Origin: Botryllus schlosseri
Taxonomy: Eukaryota
DNA: 64,000 bases
NCBI GenBank assembly: GCA_051294905.1
Contig: CM119375.1
Span: 9,114,001-9,178,000, forward strand
Direction: 5' to 3'
The notes under the pieces were generated by a model, which was given only the letters and a program-made list of their open reading frames with translations, was not told the origin of the DNA and searched no databases. Positions 1 to 12,400 of this stretch are shown here, one piece after another. Position 1 is the first letter of the stretch, and the number at the start of each line of letters is the position of its first letter. The position numbers and the translations under genes are program-made.

Positions 1-1210
1 CCCGCGAGACCATTTTGTGCGGCCCGCGACGTCATTTTGGATTTCGAAGTATTCAACAATATTTAACTACCATTTTTTTTTAATTTTAGAACTTAAGATT
101 CGCTCTAAAACTGCTCCAGAAGCCTGAAATTACTCATCAAAGTTCACTATTACATCACCTTCAAAAGTTACGATGCAGTGGAAGATTACCTATTACGTTA
201 GATTATTTGTTTATGATGGTTAAACATAACCCGTTGATAATTCGCACTGAAAATTGTGATTTGTACAATTACTCGAACTCGGACTCAATAGGTGATAAAA
301 TAAAAATGACTCGAGTTGAGTCGCGTCAAAAGATACAATTAGAGAAGGACTTTTGTGACTCGCAACGCCGCGACTTGGTACAACCACGGACGCAGCAAAC
401 TATCAAACTGGTATGGAAAATAGTAAAATATTGAAAGGTCGTAGCTTTCGTTTCGTAGCTTATTTAGATCTAAGCAGGAAGGTATGGGATCATGTTGCCC
501 TTTTGATTTATAGTTGATTACATCCTGTGTCATCTTGTGTATCCTTATCCATGTTAATATCGCCAATTAAATGTTACGAGTATAAAGTAGTCGTAGTCTA
601 CGCTTCACAGCTGTAACACAAATAGATTCTTCGGCGATTGGACATTTCTAATGCTATGGCACAGTAATCATTATACTCAAGTTGTTATTGATCTGTTCAA
701 GTATTTGAAGGTAAATCTAACGCTGATGAAATTTGACTTCGGTAATAGCACGATCAATAGCCTAGTTATCAGGAGTATACCCGAAGCCCGGAGTAGACTG
801 TACTGCTCCAATGCTCTGATATAAGATCAATCTTTGTAAATTATAATATTCTACCTATAATTACGACACGCCAAATGTCCACTGGCTGCAAAATTATAAT
901 GCGACAGCTTTTACGATGTCCTGATGCATTATTGGTACTCTCGCATGGTGTCTACAACTAATTAGTTTGACAAACTATCCAAGTACAGCAACAATTTTAT
1001 TCAAATATCTTAAAATGTTCTTTATTGGTGCCTGGCGTGAATTAACGATAATAAATCACATTTTTACGATGCGTGTGGAATGTCAGTCTGCAAGGTCCTG
1101 TCAAACGAGACCAACTTGGAAATACATTGAATTCCGCTGGTGCTGCGGCCCGCGGTGCCATCAAAAAGTTGGAAATTGACCCACGAGCACATTTGAGTGT
1201 GAGACCTCTG
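1..1210. mobile_element. hAT-type non-autonomous element, left end outside the window, with internal insertions
   Basis: Right end ...gagtgtgagacctctg (reverse complement cagaggtctcacactc). Subterminal gcggcccgcg motifs at 19-28 and 1145-1154. Confidence 0.6.
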
Positions 1211-2169
1211 ATACAATGATTGTGGAAATATCAGGTGTCAACACTTTCGCGCGAATCGCGAAAATTTTTCATGGTTAATGAATGAAATTGGGTTCCTTAT
1301 ACTGTTACTTGCATATTGCAAATACGTTTTAATTATCATATTTACCGGTATGGCTGATATAAGTGGTGTCATCGAACATTTAGGGGGCACTTATACATCT
1401 TGAACTATATGGTTCATACCACACGGCAAGACTATTTATGAATTTCTAGAGGGTGAGCGCCGGGCGGGGCATTTGTCATTTATTGCTGTCATTTACGCCG
1501 AGCGTAAATATTTTTGAATAAATGAAAGAAATTTGATCAATAATATTGGTGCGTGTATATGAGCAAGTGCTATGTCCATTCTTGATTATTAACTACTTCG
1601 TTGAAGCACAGTATTTAGTATCCTCTGGTAAAGATTGACGCTACTTTAAAGATTGGAATAGCTGATACATACCAAACCGACTTAAAAAAAAAACTCCTTT
1701 GATCAGACTCGTGCCATTTCAAATTAGCCCTTTTTAACGGGAGGTGGCGATATTATTCTGTGTCAAACGCATTTATGTCGAAGAGGTCTGATTGCAGGGA
1801 CAGAATCATTATGTTATGGCCGTCAATCATTTTGGGAGCGCACTTTGCGGAGTCGCGTGTAGCCAATACTCTATACGTCTTCGTGTGTCCCGGAACGGAA
1901 ATTGCCGGAACTAACAGTCCCCAACCCCATACTGAACTGACACCCCTAGACTCAATCAACTCAACGACCTCGGGATACTCTACTGATAGTGTAACTACTG
2001 GTCCTGTTGTATTCTCATAATTGAGAATGCAGCTAAATTCAACTATGGGTATTTGCGGAAGAATTTATTTTTCGGAATACCGATAATAAAATCAATACAT
2101 ATGGACACTAAATCACCCCAAAATACTGTATTATTTATTGATTTTACGAAAATTTTCCAAAAATTAAAT

Positions 2170-2216
2170 TTGGGAGGGGCGACCGCCCCTTTCGTCCCTC
2201 CCTGGCTAAGCCAGTG
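2170..2216. mobile_element. Terminal fragment of a CAGTGGCGTAGCC-type MITE
   Basis: The reverse complement reads cactggcttagccagggagggacgaaaggggcggtcgcccctccc. The partner end was not securely found. Confidence 0.4.
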
Positions 2217-2560
2217 CCATGAACATCTGAAATGTGCATTGTTGAGAACAGTCAGATAATCGCAAGACAATGACCATAACAATCACCCGTTGCGGCTCTC
2301 CGATTGTTCAGACAATGCCGATATTTCAGACTTGGAGGGCGGATTCTAAGTGGATCAGTGCCTGATCATAATTAAATTCATGTTTCCGAAATCGGAGCAA
2401 CAGTAGCTTTCGATCAAGACCAGATTTAGTAAATTCTGTGCTCTGGAAGATAACTTTGGTATTGCCAGAAATCCTACGGTCGCTTACGCAAAACAATTCT
2501 CAAATACAGCCTCAGCGAAGCGGAACGAAGCTGCAAAATCGGTCGTTGCCATTCCATGTT

Positions 2561-2564
<4 letters not shown>

Positions 2565-2605
<41 letters not shown>
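2565..2605. repeat. (GA)20 microsatellite
   Basis: Directly visible. Confidence 0.98.
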
Positions 2606-2607
<2 letters not shown>

Positions 2608-3109
2608 TTTATTTTCATCCAACCAAAATACATAACAAACGGCAGTGATGGTGGTACAGAAAATATGCATGCACAGTATTCGGTATTAGATAGGAATGAT
2701 CGATAAGACCGTGAAGGTCATCTAGTCTGATCATACCAGCATCAAACAGGTACACTTGACTCTGAACAGTCTGGCTGTAAAAAATGTTACGGTAGCTAAA
2801 AAAATAAAATAGAAGAAAAATTAAACGATGGTAGCAATGATCAATGAAGCAATGTCTGGGCGAGCTAGGGCAACAGTGTTAGTGTAACGACAAGAGGTGA
2901 TGTTTACATTCTATACTGTAACGCAAATTTATACCCCTTCAAGGTTTATTAAAGTATGGACCGCAATGGGTATAATTTTGGGTCGACACGGTGCCAGAGC
3001 TATCTGTTAATATGCATGTAATATTTGTTGAATTTTTGAAAAAAATCCTGCGATAGTTTTTACATATCCATATCCAAGGTCACTCTGTGTTGGGTACTGT
3101 AGCCAATGA

Positions 3110-3165
3110 GCGTGACACTATCGAATGTGACTCTCGATCGAGAGTCACATTCGATAGTGACACGC
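3110..3165. repeat. Spacerless palindrome: 44 bp perfect (3116-3159), 56 bp with one mismatch
   Basis: cactatcgaatgtgactctcga|tcgagagtcacattcgatagtg, checked base by base. Confidence 0.95.
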
Positions 3166-3241
3166 AGTAAATATGACTTTATCGTGAGAATTCACGATAA
3201 AATTTGTCCGACTGGTTTTTCTGGAAAACATGGTTGAAGAC

Positions 3242-3443
3242 CAATGTTCCCTCTAAGCTACGCAGTACGCACGTGCGCAAATGTGCAGTGCTGACATGGT
3301 CTCTGCACACAGAAAATCTAAGTTGCGCACAAAAAATCCGAAGTGATGACCTTTTTTTAGTCGTTACGCAGTGTTGTCCAAGGGTCTGCGCAGTGAGTTG
3401 GTGATAGTGTGCGCAGACTCGTCAAAAATTAGAGGGAACATTG
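3242..3443. mobile_element. hAT MITE, 202 bp
   Basis: Perfect 15-bp TIR caatgttccctctaa / ttagagggaacattg; 8-bp TSD ttgaagac/tcgaagac. Confidence 0.9.
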
Positions 3444-5146
3444 TCGAAGACCGTTTGGATGAACTAGTGTAGGGGTGAGTAACGAGCGAGTTCAGACCTA
3501 TGAGACCGGTTCGTTTCGACGCCAATCATTTCTTGCGTCGGGCACATGGAGACGTAAAGATTTGGCCAACAAACCGCTGATAAAATGCGGTCCCAAAAAC
3601 ATCAGCGGCGACAAAACCTTGGTCAAAAAATTACCGATGCTGGATGGCCAAACTTTTCGATATGGGTATGCTCCGTTGTCGGCACGGAATAGTCCCGTTC
3701 TTGCAATCTGAGAAGACAGTATATAGTTACAGTAGTACAACTGCGACACGCAGAGGAATTTAATTCACCATCATTTGAAATCGCGTGCGTCAGACATGTT
3801 TTGTAGATTTGCGTTGGGTACAGAATTGTGGTGTGCGCGTTCTGTAGCCTATGTCATACATGCATACTACTGTAATATTAAAAGTGAATTCCTTTTCATG
3901 GGTGAGGCTCGGGTCGCGAGATGCCACAAAAACTCAGATTTTAGTGGTAGTCTAAAAAGCTGCTTCACCGTTATTAAACTGTTATGAATTCTCAAGTTGT
4001 ATTTGAGCTAAAGAGCAAAACACACGGTAGGCTATCGTGAGATTATTTGCTCTTCTCATTTACTACTGAGACAGAAAATCAGAAAATGGGAAATCGAAAA
4101 AAATAAACAAAACACAAAATGGAGCAACTTATCATAAGGTAGCGAGCTCTAATGTGCCTACTCTCCTCGATCGTTTTTGACCTTATTTTCCAAGACACGT
4201 GAGTTTTTCACCCTTTCGACAAACTGGACCCTCCGGGACCTTCGTGTCCGCTCTCAAAACGATTTCTGCTAGCAACCATTATTCACTCGCGAAAAATACG
4301 CTGTATTTTGAACAGTAGTACAGAACAGATTATAAGACCTGGCCATCCAAGCACTTGTCGACGTTATTGGACACAACCCAACAAGTTGTTTGACCGAGAA
4401 GGGTTTTAGTGTGAAATAGTTGAAATTGTTGAACATGTGGACAAAATGTTGTCAAGTATCTTCATCTTCTTTTTTTTTATAACAATTTTCGGTTAGTTTT
4501 TGCGAAGGAAATTTATTTTGCAAAAATAGTGTGAATGGTGGCCAAAAAGGTTGAAAAGCACTGACATAGCCTATATATCATTGCCATGACTTACAAATAT
4601 AGTAACTTGTAACAACAAAGAAGATTAATGTTTCGATGGGAGTTAGCGTAGGTAGTAAATCCAAGGAACATAGAAGGACATAAAAGATGTGATGAGCGGA
4701 TAGGAGGATGTCGAAATGACCAAGCATAATATCTCTGAATCTAGCATTCCACTACGCCCGGATGCTCGATGTACCGTACAGTTCTAATGTTCGATCATCA
4801 TCTTTCCGCTGTATTTCTCCGGACGGATTCCTTGCTCTTTCGTGTTTCTCTCGCCCTTCACTGGGCCTTTTTGTTGGCTTTTCCTAAATGCCGGAAGAAT
4901 AGCACCAGCACAAGTGGCAGTTAAGTTCTAAATAAACCAACGAACGAGAAAACGAACAAGAAATACGGTCATCTTCCAGATTAATGGATTATATCAAGAG
5001 TGGTCTACGGCTCTACATGTTATATGTTGCATATTGTAACAGGACATGCTTTATAGTTCAGTACGGAGGATGTGCCGCGAAATTCCATAGTTCCCACATT
5101 AGGCCATTCCAGTTTGATTAAAGGCTCTGTTTTCCTATATTGATGG

Positions 5147-5227
5147 TTAAATAGTATATTCATATTGAAATGAACCCGAATATATTATATATATTCGGGT
5201 TCATTTCAATATGAATATACTATTTAA
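5147..5227. repeat. Hairpin with a perfect 39-bp stem and 3-nt loop, derived from MITE TIR sequence
   Basis: ttaaatagtatattcatattgaaatgaacccgaatatat-tat-atatattcgggttcatttcaatatgaatatactatttaa. Confidence 0.95.
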
Positions 5228-5406
5228 TTGTATATTGAAGTTCTGTACCTCCAAGAAGCTCTTCATATATTGATGGTGAAACTTTCGTGTTTCTCCTCGT
5301 AATTATTACTTATTAGTTCAAAGAGTTGTCTCGATGACAATGATGAAAATATTGCAATATCTCCTATTTGCTCCAACATTCAATTAGTTCAACACGAAAC
5401 AACTTA

Positions 5407-5832
5407 CAATTGAGTATTATATTCATATTGAAATGAGCTCGAATAATTTCGGCTCACACTCGTCAGGAGTAATCGTCAGCAACTTGTTCGCAACCGTTAG
5501 GTGGTAGTCACCATTAAGAAAAACTAGTCTTGGAAAAGGCACAATTTGTGTTCCGGCGTACGGTGTTCATCATTCGTGGCGAATTTACTTGATCATGCTG
5601 TCGGAGGAATTAGATTTAGCCTACTTTCGTATAGTTTAACAATAGACGCTCATGAGTATAGTATGAACTCATGCATGCTATACCGTTTTTTTGGTTCGTT
5701 TCTGTCGCTATCACATAAACCTGTTGATCAAGTAAAAATCGAATCCGTATATTTCATTTTGTGACTAATCGATTATGCATAATTCAGCCGAAAATATTCG
5801 GGTTCATTTCAATATGAATATACTATTCAATT
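5407..5832. mobile_element. MITE with about 48-bp TIRs flanked by TA (Tc1/mariner-like by inference)
   Basis: The left end caattgagtattatattcatattgaaatgagctcgaataatttcggct matches the reverse complement of the right end agccgaaaatattcgggttcatttcaatatgaatatactattcaattg. A degenerate relative lies at about 54850-55020. Confidence 0.75.
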
Positions 5833-8800
5833 GTATATTGAAGTTCTGTACCTCCAAGAAGCTCTTCTTTGAAATAATAGAATAAAATCCGATCATCCTC
5901 AAAATCAAGTATAGTATTCCCAGTCGTTTTTTTATATTCTCAATGACATTCATAGCCGAACGTGAATACCTGTCCTGTTCTCAATGCGCTTACAATATGT
6001 ATAGTATAGCCAATGGATTTGCATAAATTTTAGCAGATTATAAAATACACATATTCCTATCCTGTTGATTGCGTGCGTCGTCACAATAACGAATGCAATA
6101 ATCTGGTGATAATGTTTAAACCCGTGCCTTGGACCTTGGAAGTCAACACAAGGCAGATTAGAGCAAATATATCGATGTCTGCAAGACACAGACGCGTGTC
6201 TTCGGTTGATTCAATACGGCGTTGTTTAAGGCGAACAACATTTCCATCTCTATGTCTTACGCAAACAAGCACTTCAACATTTCTTCCTGACAGTTCCATG
6301 TAGCTAGTTATTTTTATTTGCCGGCCGTTTGAGTCGTCTCTCAACTGACTCCGCCAGTTTGTTGTTTCAATGATAACCCGTGTGTTAGTGCATTTTTAAT
6401 CCAAATAATTCCCAACTGAAACGGACATCGGAGATTACTGCGTCTATACGTTCTAGGAAAAAAGGGAAATTTGCTGCCGTGCGTAGGCTATTATCTATTG
6501 GTTAATCCTACTATTACAGGCTGAAAATGACGGATTAGCATAATCTAATAAAACTACTCACGTGGCAAATGCACCGGTTTCTATGCTGCTTCTATGGACA
6601 CACAACCGGTCGCATTTCATCGGCGTACGATATTACATTCGCCCTCTATGTCAGTTCAGCCTACATATATTCATTCATCGAAATATAGGGCATATATGCG
6701 ACTAAATCTAGTGCAAAACGCGATTCAATTATAATCGCCTTACCGCTTGTAATTCCATGTTTACCGCTATGATATCTGGATGTCCGGATAAACAGCATTT
6801 TTGCCGCAAACGGATAAATTGTGTTTGTCCCAAGCAAACCAGACTCGCCTAAAACGCTTTGGATTGTGTAATGTATTTCCACACATAATTAACTACGAGG
6901 AGTTTCGTAGACTTCATTTATAGACGAGCAGTCTCCACCGTTAAGAACGTGTTTATTGTTCTTTGCTTAACCCTCGTCTGTTGGAAAATACGAACAGAAG
7001 CTAACGAGGTATGAGTATTATAAGTTCGTCACGTGATTTGGAATACAACTACTTGATTATTCCTAATTTCGGAATGACATAAAAAGCCTATATGAATTCG
7101 GAAATTCCTCGCGGTGTAAATTATTGCGTCCATGATTAGGCCTTTGGTTTTGTTAAAAAAATAGGTTATACGTTTTTCCGTCAAACCTAATTACCATAAC
7201 GTATATGAGCCGTGCAATGTGCGTTCTGTATTCACGTACATGTACTTGTACAATGAAGTAGCCCATACCTTATGGACGCGAAAAACTAGTGGCGATGATA
7301 CTTGATTGTTTTTTAGCCATATACCATATTGTCATTCAAAAATATAACATGGGCGGCATCTATACTCGGAATTATTCAAATGCTCGAGCTCATAATATGT
7401 GAGATTACTATTTGTTTACGGTCGAAGGCTTTTATTTGTATTCTAATCAGACAGATACATGTGACGGAACTGACCAGAGAAACGAGAATCCAAACAGTAT
7501 ACAAGCGCCGACCACTACAACTCTTGCATTGCCCCGGTTATCTTCGTCTGTTTTGGCATACCTAATTGCTTATTAATCGAAAGAAAATGTCAAGGACTGT
7601 GTGACCGACATGGTATTAAACACTTTACCTGACATCGAATCTGGGATCTCGGCAACAGTTAGTATTTTTCCCCGTTACCAATCGCAATTCGAGCACTTCA
7701 TCGGTCCAAAAGTAATGACAGAACCTCGATGGCCACTCGAGTCGGTATTTTCACATATGAAACAATGGAGGCAGTGGTCTTACTTTTATTGTAGTAATTA
7801 TGACGTTACTATCACAAGTTGGTAAATTATTTTCTAGTTCCATGGCTCCGAGTAAAGGGTGCTTGTGTCTGATTAATCTCCTAATGCATCACACTTCAAC
7901 AACATCATAGAGACGTTTGGGAATTGTTCTCAAAACGGTGTCCATGATATAGGGAAGCTTTGATGGTAGCTTGTTGTCATTTCGATGAGATTATGAGCTG
8001 TGTATGCGGTTATTAAAGCTCGCTCTATATCAACGTAACGGTGACGTAACGACATCACCAGAACGTACGCAGAATGTGGCGTTTCTAACTACATTTTGCA
8101 GGTGCGTGCACCGTTGTAGCTAGTAACAATATGCGTATCGGTCGTCTCCCCCCCTGTGTTCCTTATGCTGTGTCCCGGACACTGTTTCGCATTTGCTAAT
8201 GAGATGTCGTAAATTTGAATTTCATCGCCGCTTTTTGATTGCTCATTGTGTCAATGAAAACGTTGCTTTATGTGTACAAAATCTATTGACGCTCCATTGC
8301 CTAACTCTACCAGTTATAGAATTTATGCTCTCATGCGAATTATTTCTCTAGATCTATCTATTGCTTTCTTCCGATCGTTTCACTGAATGTATACTAAGCG
8401 TGGCGCAAATAACCATCATCAGTTGAAAGCGCCACTTTTTTCCATAATAATGATAATAATAATCGATCGTCTAACTAAGTGTACACTTGATAGCGATGGA
8501 AGCAAGTATATTTTATAGCCATTACGCCGGGTCTCGAAAGAAAGCCACACTGCTGAAATTCAGAGAAAGAGCTCAATGCTTTTGAAGTAAAGACGGTGGA
8601 AATATCAATCCCAAATAATATAAAGACGAAAATGGCCGATAACCGCGTTATCTCCCAGAAGAAGGTCTATGACGTGAAACTATACTATGTGCTACGGTTC
8701 TGGTGCATGTACCGCTGCGCATACATTTCTGAACACCACTTGGCATTCGTAAATAAATATTGCTATTGTATAGTTTTAAAGCATGAACTTTCTTCCATGC

Positions 8801-9334
8801 CTCCGATCGACACACGTCGGGAGCCAAAAACAACAAATCCCGACATCATAAACATTCTTACATAATCAACAAACTTTGTAACCGTTTGCGATATGAAACA
8901 CTGGGCGGACATTGGCGACTTTACAGCGTTTCTGTGATTCGCAAGATACCTTCGTGCTCGTGGAAGTGGGGGCGTATGAAAACACACACAAAGACGGTTA
9001 CGCGGTGTTAAAGCTCAAAGACATGAAGTAGCGCAAACTTTATTCCTAACTTGTCGTGCCCCACCAATACACATTCCTATATAACAATGACTGTGCCAAT
9101 GGATATACATTATACAATTTATATTGAATAGCATTTGGTAATCAAAACGGCAGTCAAGAATGAAAATATTCGAACGCGTGAGTTTCGACGAAAAACAGGC
9201 AACATGCGTTCAAACCTGTTTTGCGATTTCCCGTATCGAAAAGAGGTGGCCAAAGTAGCCATCGTTGCTACTCATATTGAAGTTGAAGAAGCTCCAAAAA
9301 TTTCTACTCTATTACAAGTAAAAGTAGCGATTTT

Positions 9335-9410
9335 CAACAGCGTCAAAGCTACTTTGAGTAGAAGTAGAAAATGAAAGGTCTAAATAGAAAAGTAGATATG
9401 ATCGAGGGTT
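9335..9410 (+). repeat. Copy of an old dispersed AAGTAG-rich repeat family
   Basis: gagtagaagtagaaaatgaaaggtctaaatagaaaagtagatatgatcgag aligns with 22258-22330 and 56435-56510. Confidence 0.65.
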
Positions 9411-12400
9411 CACACAACTTTTGCGGTTAAGCTGTGGTCACACTGCTTTCGAAGTTATCGGGTGCAACTTCGCGACTAAGACAAAATGACCAAAGACCCA
9501 GCAAATGAGTATAGGACCGTAGAAAATATCTTCAGCAGTTACTGTGATGGCTATTTCACTCGGATCTTAGTTCTTTCGACGATCTGACACATACAAGTTA
9601 TGCAAGAAACTGCTCTCTACTTTTCGACTCCGAAGTGTAAAAGGTTTTTAGCCCTTCCTAAAATCAAATGCTCAATTATAAGTATATAAGTAGTGGAAAA
9701 ACATAACCAGTAAGTAGCATAAGTCAGCAAATCTATGGTTGAGTGCTTCTAAAGAGTAGAAGTAATTCGTTTCTGGTCACCTCCGGTATGGAAGTAGCAC
9801 AATTCTCTCCGTATATTACCCTGATACACACACGGACACACACGCATACATAGGCTACGCACACAACATAGGTGGATGAATATACAATACATTGTGCTGT
9901 ACAGTACATATTATACATGCACTGTACAATGTACATTGTACATTCGTGTACTGTAAACTATACGAGCGTACTAATCTAAAAATTGTCACATGTCTAGTCT
10001 GTATATCTCTGCTATTCTGAATGTATTACATTTTTTACAATATGGAGCGGAGCATAGTGCGGTGTATCTTTTGCAGAATCGAAGCTTCCGATCAGATGCC
10101 TCGTTGATTATATTATGTATGTATTGTATATGGTATATGTGTATAATATCCTTACTCCATATTTCATTACTATTCCAATCGCACAGCTCTCCAATGAATT
10201 CGGAACGTTGATTTCGCATAACACTAGGTTTCCGGGTCACGCGATTCAGGTTTCTAGAAGATAAGCAGCAGCAGTAGTACTGCTTCTACCGCAACATCCG
10301 TATCAGGAACGACGAAATCTCAGACGTTCAAAAAGAATGGTAATTGAATTCAAAACATCGCCGCCCGCGTACAGTAAATTTTCTATATCTGGTATTTTCG
10401 CCAAGAGATAAAAATAATGCTTGATACGAACAGAAACTCATCGCACATACAGTCGCAATTTTTCGGAAGACGTTGTGAGAATTGACGTAACAATGACAGA
10501 ATTTACCCGTAGAAATTACTAATCATCCGACGAGAACGCTATTTTTACTCTGTCTGGTTAATTGTTGACGATTTTAACATTCCTAATAGTTCAAAGTTAT
10601 ACTTGTTAATGGCTACGTTGAAACTGTGAATTACGGGGAAAGTATGAAGCGATGCGGCTTCAAAGTTGTTTTGAACAGATTCGTGGCACCATCATCTGGA
10701 GAAGGGATATACATGTAGAGATAAGCGAATCAAAATGGCGGATTTACGACTTATGTGACATATATATGCATTTGGTAGGCATATCTGTGATTTAGATGTA
10801 CGCCCGCAGGGGCTATAATTAGATGCGACAAAGCCATTTTGTCTGTTTCAGCGTCGCAGCATGACGCTTTCTGTAACAGATAATGGCATTGCTGGGTCAT
10901 AACAGTGTGCATTAGCATCACCATATTGTCAGGCGTATTATGCTGCTTGTCTACACACAATAAGTCCTTTTTGGACCTATCCTCGGCCTTTTATCGGGAT
11001 GGATCTGCCTGTTGTTGTTTTGTCGCCGAGGAACGCACTGAGGCGCCATTCGGATATGTCGTGTCGTCAATGATGCTGTTGCAGTCTGCCGATAATCGTA
11101 CCGAAATTGCTACAACTCACCGCAGTTTTGAGTTTATCTGCAACGGTCTATTTGACATTATCTAAGAACCATCTCTATTACAACACTAGACTGCAGATAA
11201 TGAATTTCGCGATGTGATTCCAGTGCAATTGATTATTGTAAATGAACCCCCGCAAATTGGGTCGATATCCTGCTCACTGTTACACTTATTTTCGATATCA
11301 TCCTGAGAGCTACGAATCGATGTATATTTATAGAACAAGTAGAGACGCCAGTATGATATATGTCACCCGTTGTGCGTCATCGCAATGAATCTTTTCATAT
11401 GAGGCCAACTTGTTTGTTGCAGACCTCCTCTGCAACATATTTTCAGGGTTGTAATACTGTAAAACCGTACTTTCCGAAGATAATTGTCTACATATGCGTA
11501 ACGGTTACAAGTATTTGTGTGTGTACCTAATCTGTATTTTATTTATTTGTGTTATGGTTGGATATTCTACAAGACACACGCCTCGTATATTTGTGACGGC
11601 AGACATAATGTCTGGCGATTATGAATAGCTTTCATTTCAGCTAATTGAAAGCGACGTTTTAGTAGTATTTATTGAGTAAGAGTATAATCGTATTAAGTCA
11701 ATGTTAGCGTTGACATAACACAACGTTTGCCCTTCTTATCGGCCGTAAATCCAATCTAGATACTTTAAATACTTGAAAATGTGGTGGGGATTCAGTGGCC
11801 TGCCACAATATTACGAATAATATAATTAGAGCATGCAGTCGTCCAAATTCAGGAAAAAATTGAATGCCATGTAAAGTGTGTATGCATCAGATAAAGAGAT
11901 AGATCAGTACACTTCATTATGCATCAACTATATCTAATAGCGAAACGCTGTGTACTTGTACACCCCACTTCACAGTGGTTCTCCCATCATGAATCGGATG
12001 TGCATTACGAATCTTCTGATAACCAAAATATGACAAGAAATACTTGCCATTTGGTAAGTTATTTCTTCATTTTACGACTCGCAATTCTCGTCCTCTACTT
12101 TGTGAGGCGAATAAATGTGATAATAAAGTATTTTTTTCTTTACGTTTTTAAAATTTAGTAGAGCAATTTGCAGTCATGGTCAAATATTTGCAATTCAAGT
12201 ATAGGCTACTGCCGGAGCATGGGACCACCGGAGCAGCTCGCGAGACAAAATAGCGCAGTCAGATAGTAGATATTGTGACGTCAGCTTTGTTCGTATCTGT
12301 GTTGACACAATATGCCGAAATTGGATTATTGTTTCTGTGTTCATCTGCGCTACGCATGTGATCCAGCGCTTGGATGGATCATTTACGAACTGAATTGAGT

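Noticed and set aside
9880-10145. TACA/TATG-rich quasi-repeats
   Set aside because: Ordinary low-complexity sequence with no fixed period.
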